From Utricularia gibba (taxonomy: Eukaryota > Plantae > Magnoliophyta), in assembly GCA_002189035.1 (NCBI GenBank), contig NEEC01000096.1, forward strand, positions 1 to 29,469: a stretch of 29,469 bases of DNA, read 5' to 3'. Of this stretch, positions 24,793 through 29,469 are shown in pieces. A program made the translations under genes and the position numbers. The notes beneath the pieces are model-generated. The model saw only the letters and a list, made by a program, of their open reading frames with translations. It was not told the origin of the DNA and did not search any database. Within the stretch, counting starts at the first letter, position 1; the number at the start of each line of letters is the position of its first letter.

Positions 24793-27700
24793 CTCTAGTG
24801 GCTATTTGATTCTTTTGCCGTGTATCATTTCATTGCGCATTTCGCATCAATTTCGAGAACGAGAAGCACATTATTAAACGCAGCCACCAAGGAAGGACAC
24901 GTAAGACACTTTTCGTTGTGGTTTGTTTTTAATATGTCCACAGTTATGGGACAAACGTAACTCCAAATTATACTACTTGGAGCACGAATAGGGCTTCCCA
25001 ATGGTGTGCTATGAAGAGTTAGCATCTGCATGTTTTGGAAGAGGTGCTTCGTGGACCAGGATGTGCGACATAGTCATTTCATTGCGCATCACCATTCGGG
25101 TGCAGCCGAAAAATCACACGTGCACTGGATTCGTTAAAAGTAAACATTTTTGCGTACCTGGAGTATAATAGTGTTGGGATAAGTGATGCCACGAAATTCA
25201 TGATGTAACATGTGACTTTTTTCCATCTTGATCGCATATCCGATGAAGTTTGACACCATATGTTTTGGCTGTTGATTGATGCAATTAGTTGCCATGATAC
25301 TTCTGATTCTTGATACACCATTCCCATACACCATGTCTCTAGTGGCTATTTGATTCTTTTGCCGTGTATCCCATTTGCATCAATTTCGAGAACGAGAAGC
25401 ACATTATTAAACGCAGCCACCAAGGAAGGACACGTAAGACACTTTTCGTTGTGGTTTGTTTTTAATATGTCCACAGTTATGGGACAAACGTAACTCCAAA
25501 TTATACTACTTGGAGCACGAATAGGGCTTCCCAATGGTGTGCTATGAAGAGTTAGCATCTGCATGTTTTGGAAGAGGTGCTTCGTGGACCAGGATGTGCG
25601 ACATAGTCATTTCATTGCGCATCACCATTCGGGTGCAGCCGAAAAATCACACGTGCACTGGATTCGTTAAAAGTAAACATTTTTGCGTACCTGGAGTATA
25701 ATAGTGTTGGGATAAGTGATGCCACGAAATTCATGATGTAACATGTGACTTTTTTCCATCTTGATCGCATATCCGATGAAGTTTGACACCATATGTTTTG
25801 GCTGTTGATTGATGCAATTAGTTGCCATGATACTTCTGATTCTTGATACACCATTCCCATACACCATGTCTCTAGTGGCTATTTGATTCTTTTGCCGTGT
25901 ATCCCATTTGCATCAATTTCGAGAACGAGAAGCACATTATTAAACGCAGCCACCAAGGAAGGACACGTAAGACACTTTTCGTTGTGGTTTGTTTTTAATA
26001 TGTCCACAGTTATGGACAAACGTAACTCCAAATTATACTACTTGGAGCACGAATAGGGCTTCCCAATGGTGTGCTATGAAGAGTTAGCATCTGCATGTTT
26101 TGGAAGAGGTGCTTCGTGGACCAGGATGTGCGACATAGTCATTTCATTGCGCATCACCATTCGGGTGCAGCCGAAAAATCACACGTGCACTGGATTCGTT
26201 AAAAGTAAACATTTTTGCGTACCTGGAGTATAATAGTGTTGGGATAAGTGATGCCACGAAATTCATGATGTAACATGTGACTTTTTCCATCTTGATCGCA
26301 TATCCGATGAAGTTTGACACCATATGTTTTGGCTGTTGATTGATGCAATTAGTTGCCATGATACTTCTGATTCTTGATACACCATTCCCATACACCATGT
26401 CTCTAGTGGCTATTTGATTCTTTTGCCGTGTATCTTGTTTGCATCAATTTCGAGAACGAGAAGCACATTATTAAACGCAGCCACCAAGGAAGGACACGTA
26501 AGACACTTTTCGTTGTGGTTTGTTTTTAATATGTCCACAGTTATGGGACAAACGTAACTCCAAATTATACTACTTGGAGCACGAATAGGGCTTCCCAATG
26601 GTGTGCTATGAAGAGTTAGCATCTGCATGTTTTGGAAGAGGTGCTTCGTGGACCAGGATGTGCGACATAGTCATTTCATTGCGCATCACCATTCGGGTGC
26701 AGCCGAAAAATCACACGTGCACTGGATTCGTTAAAAGTAAACATTTTTGCGTACCTGGTGTATAATAGTGTTGGGATAAGTGATGCCACGAAATTCATGA
26801 TGTAACATGTGACTTTTTTCCATCTTGATCGCATATCCGATGAAGTTTGACACCATATGTTTTGGCTGTTGATTGATGCAATTAGTTGCCATGATACTTC
26901 TGATTCTTGATACACCATTCCCATACACCATGTCTCTAGTGGCTATTTGATTCTTTTGCCGTGTATCTTTGCATCAATTTCGAGAACGAGAAGCACATTA
27001 TTAAACGCAGCCACCAAGGAAGGACACGTAAGACACTTTTCGTTGTGGTTTGTTTTTAATATGTCCACAGTTATGGGACAAACGTAACTCCAAATTATAC
27101 TACTTGGAGCACGAATAGGGCTTCCCAATGGTGTGCTATGAAGAGTTAGCATCTGCATGTTTTGGAAGAGGTGCTTCGTGGACCAGGATGTGCGACATAG
27201 TCATTTCATTGCGCATCACCATTCGGGTGCAGCCGAAAAATCACACGTGCACTGGATTCGTTAAAAGTAAACATTTTTGCGTACCTGGAGTATAATAGTG
27301 TTGGGATAAGTGATGCCACGAAATTCATGATGTAACATGTGACTTTTTCCATCTTGATCGCATATCCGATGAAGTTTGACACCATATGTTTTGGCTGTTG
27401 ATTGATGCAATTAGTTGCCATGATACTTCTGATTCTTGATACACCATTCCCATACACCATGTCTCTAGTGGCTATTTGATTCTTTTGCCGTGTATCCCAT
27501 TTGCATCAATTTCGAGAACGAGAAGCACATTATTAAACGCAGCCACCAAGGAAGGACACGTAAGACACTTTTCGTTGTGGTTTGTTTTTAATATGTCCAC
27601 AGTTATGGGACAAACGTAACTCCAAATTATACTACTTGGAGCACGAATAGGGCTTCCCAATGGTGTGCTATGAAGAGTTAGCATCTGCATGTTTTGGAAG

Positions 27701-27854
27701 AGGTGCTTCGTGGACCAGGATGTGCGACATAGTCATTTCATTGCGCATCACCATTCGGGGTGCAGCCGAAAAATCACACGTGCACTGGATTCGTTAAAAG
27801 TAAACATTTTTGCGTACCTGGAGTATAATAGTGTTGGATAAGTGATGCCACGAA

Positions 27855-28135
27855 ATTCTCTGCATGATGTTCGTTAACATGTGATCTTTGATGTTCCATC
27901 TTGATCGCATATCCGATGAAGTTTGACACCATATGTTTTGGCTGTTGATTGATTCAATTAGTTGCCAGTGATTTGACTTCCGTGATTTCATTGATGCACC
28001 ATTTTTCCCATACACCATTGTCTTCTAGTGTGCATGGATTTGTATTGCGTTTTGCCACGTGATATGCTTTTGCATCAAGTTTCGAGATGTAACATGAGAA
28101 GCACATTATTAATCAATTTCGATACGAGCACATTC
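27855..28135. other. Insertion-rich monomer (about 584 nt anchor to anchor)
   Basis: Collinear monomer sequence interrupted by many 1-4 nt insertions (aattctctgcatgatgttcgttaacatg, gccagtgatttgacttccgtgatttcattgatg). Confidence 0.8.
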
Positions 28136-28363
28136 CAAGGAAGGACACGTAAGACACTTTTCGTTGTGGTTTGTTTTTAATATGTCCACAGTTATGGGAC
28201 AAACGTAACTCCAATTATACTACTTGGAGCACGAATAGGGCTTCCCAATGGTGTGCTAAAGAGTTAGCTCTGCATGTTTTGGAAGAGGTGCTTCGTGGAC
28301 CAGGATGTGCGACTAGTCATTTCATTGCGCATCACCATTCGGGGTGCAGCCGAAAAATCACAC

Positions 28364-28811
28364 GTGCTCCCGTATATAGTGTTGGGATAAGTGCCACGAA
28401 ATTCATGATGTAACATGTGACTTTTTCCATCTTGATCGCATATCCGATGAAGTTTGACACCATATGTTTTGGCTGCATTTTGGAAGAGGTGCTTCGTAGA
28501 CCAGGATGTGCGACATAGTCATTTCATTGCGCATCACCATTCGGGGTGCAGCCTAAAAATCACACGTGCACTGGATTCGTTAAAAGTAAACATTTTTGCG
28601 TACCTGGTGTATAATAGTGTTGGATAAGTGATGCCACGAAATTCATGATGTAACATGTGACTTTTTTCCATCTTGATCGCATATCCGATGAATGGTGTGC
28701 TAGGAAGAGTTAGGCTCTGCATGTTTTGGAAGAGGTGCTTCGTGGACCGGGATGTGCGACATAGTCATTTCATTGCGCATCACCATTCGGGGTGCAGCCG
28801 AAAAATCACAC
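28364..28811. repeat. Two consecutive internally deleted monomers (~200 and ~245 nt), each missing ~290 bp
   Basis: Jumps at 28475/6 (ttttggctg|cattttggaagagg; monomer position ~55 to ~346) and 28690/1 (ccgatg|aatggtgtgc; monomer position ~29 to ~317). Confidence 0.85.
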
Positions 28812-29442
28812 GTTTACTGGATTCGTTTAAAAGTAAACATTTTTGCGTACCTGGTGTATAATAGTGTTGGGATAAGTGATGCCACGAAATTCATGATGTA
28901 ACATGTGACTTGTTTCCATCTTGATCGCATATCCGATGAAGTTTGACACCATATGTTTTGGCAGTTGATTGATGCAATTAGTTGCCATGATACTTCTGAT
29001 TCTTGATACACCATTCCCATACACCATGTCTCTAGTGGCTATTTGATTCTTTTGCCGTGTATCCATTTGCATCAATTTCGAGAACGAGAAGCACATTATT
29101 AAACGCAGCCACCAAGGAAGGACACGTAAGACACTTTTCGTTGTGGTTTGTTTTTAATATGTCCGCAGTTATGGACAAACGTAACTCCAAATTATACTAC
29201 TTGGAGCACGAATAGGCTTCCCAATGGTGTGCTATGAAGAGTTAGCATCTGCATGTTTTGGAAGAGGTGCTTCGTGGACCAGGATGTGCGACATAGTCAT
29301 TTCATTGCGCATCACCATTCGGGGTGCAGCCGAAAAATCACACGTGCACTGGATTCGTTAAAAGTAAACATTTTTGCGTACCTGGAGTATAATAGTGTTG
29401 GGATAAGTGATGCCACGAAATTCATGATGTAACATGTGACTT

Positions 29443-29469
29443 TTTCCATCTTGATCGCATATCCGATGA
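29443..29469 (+). repeat. Terminal direct repeat, right copy
   Basis: Identical to positions 1-27. Confidence 0.9.

Larger units (their letters stand above)
1..29469. repeat. Tandem (satellite-like) array of a 534-bp monomer, about 55 copies, all head-to-tail in one orientation; window begins and ends inside monomers
   Basis: Anchor motifs (e.g. cacacgtgcactggattcg, ccatcttgatcgcatatccgatga) recur every ~530 nt across the whole window. Identical ORF-track entries recur at exactly 534-nt spacing (12350/12884, 12460/12994, 12626/13160). No non-repeat sequence is present. Confidence 0.99.
19941..29469. repeat. Sub-array B (~18-20 monomers, 533-534 bp)
   Basis: Dominant alleles: cacattatt, gttatggg, aaacgtaact, gagcacgaataggg, agcatctg, gacatag, gcagccga, gatgcaatt, gatacacc, often gtgtatcccatttgc. 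Clean example at 25217-25749 (533 bp). Confidence 0.9.

Noticed and set aside
131-29096. All ORFs in the supplied track as protein-coding genes
   Set aside because: They are short (60-150 aa), overlap on both strands, recur once per monomer, are freely frameshifted between copies and show no recognisable domain or motif. Longer ones arise only from indels joining frames.
1-29469. Endless stop-free ORF concatemer like the DRT2 Neo cDNA product
   Set aside because: Every frame contains stops within the monomer (minimum 3), no RT gene is present, and copies carry heritable alternating alleles rather than being identical template copies.
1-29469. CRISPR array
   Set aside because: There are no unique spacers between short repeats. 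The whole 534-bp unit is repeated.
19941-29469. Restriction-site avoidance in type B (loss of GAGCTC, AATATT, GATC, CTAG, TGCA)
   Set aside because: B also gains palindromes (ACGT, TGCA) and the numbers are too small. Useful only as diagnostic sites.

Overview
The whole 29,469-nt window is one head-to-tail tandem array of a 534-bp non-coding monomer. There are about 55 monomer equivalents, all in one orientation, at about 41% GC by hand count. It contains no unique sequence and no supportable gene: the ORF track is the same few 60-80 aa frames recurring once per monomer. I do not recognise the monomer as a named satellite family. The array has internal structure. (1) A left block (type A, 1 to ~19,040) alternates two monomer types, giving a ~1.06-kb dimeric higher-order repeat. 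(2) A shredded junction lies at ~19,040-19,940. (3) A right block (type B, ~19,940 to end) carries about 10 diagnostic substitutions and lacks the dimer marker. (4) The first and last 27 nt are identical, so the contig would appear circular. Many 1-nt deletions fall exactly on sites where two alleles segregate, which suggests a polished consensus of mis-stacked reads, so fine details need raw-read confirmation. The most economical reading is a eukaryote-type satellite DNA array (inference). A satellite-derived circle or rolling-circle concatemer cannot be excluded. I found no convincing novel protein-coding system.
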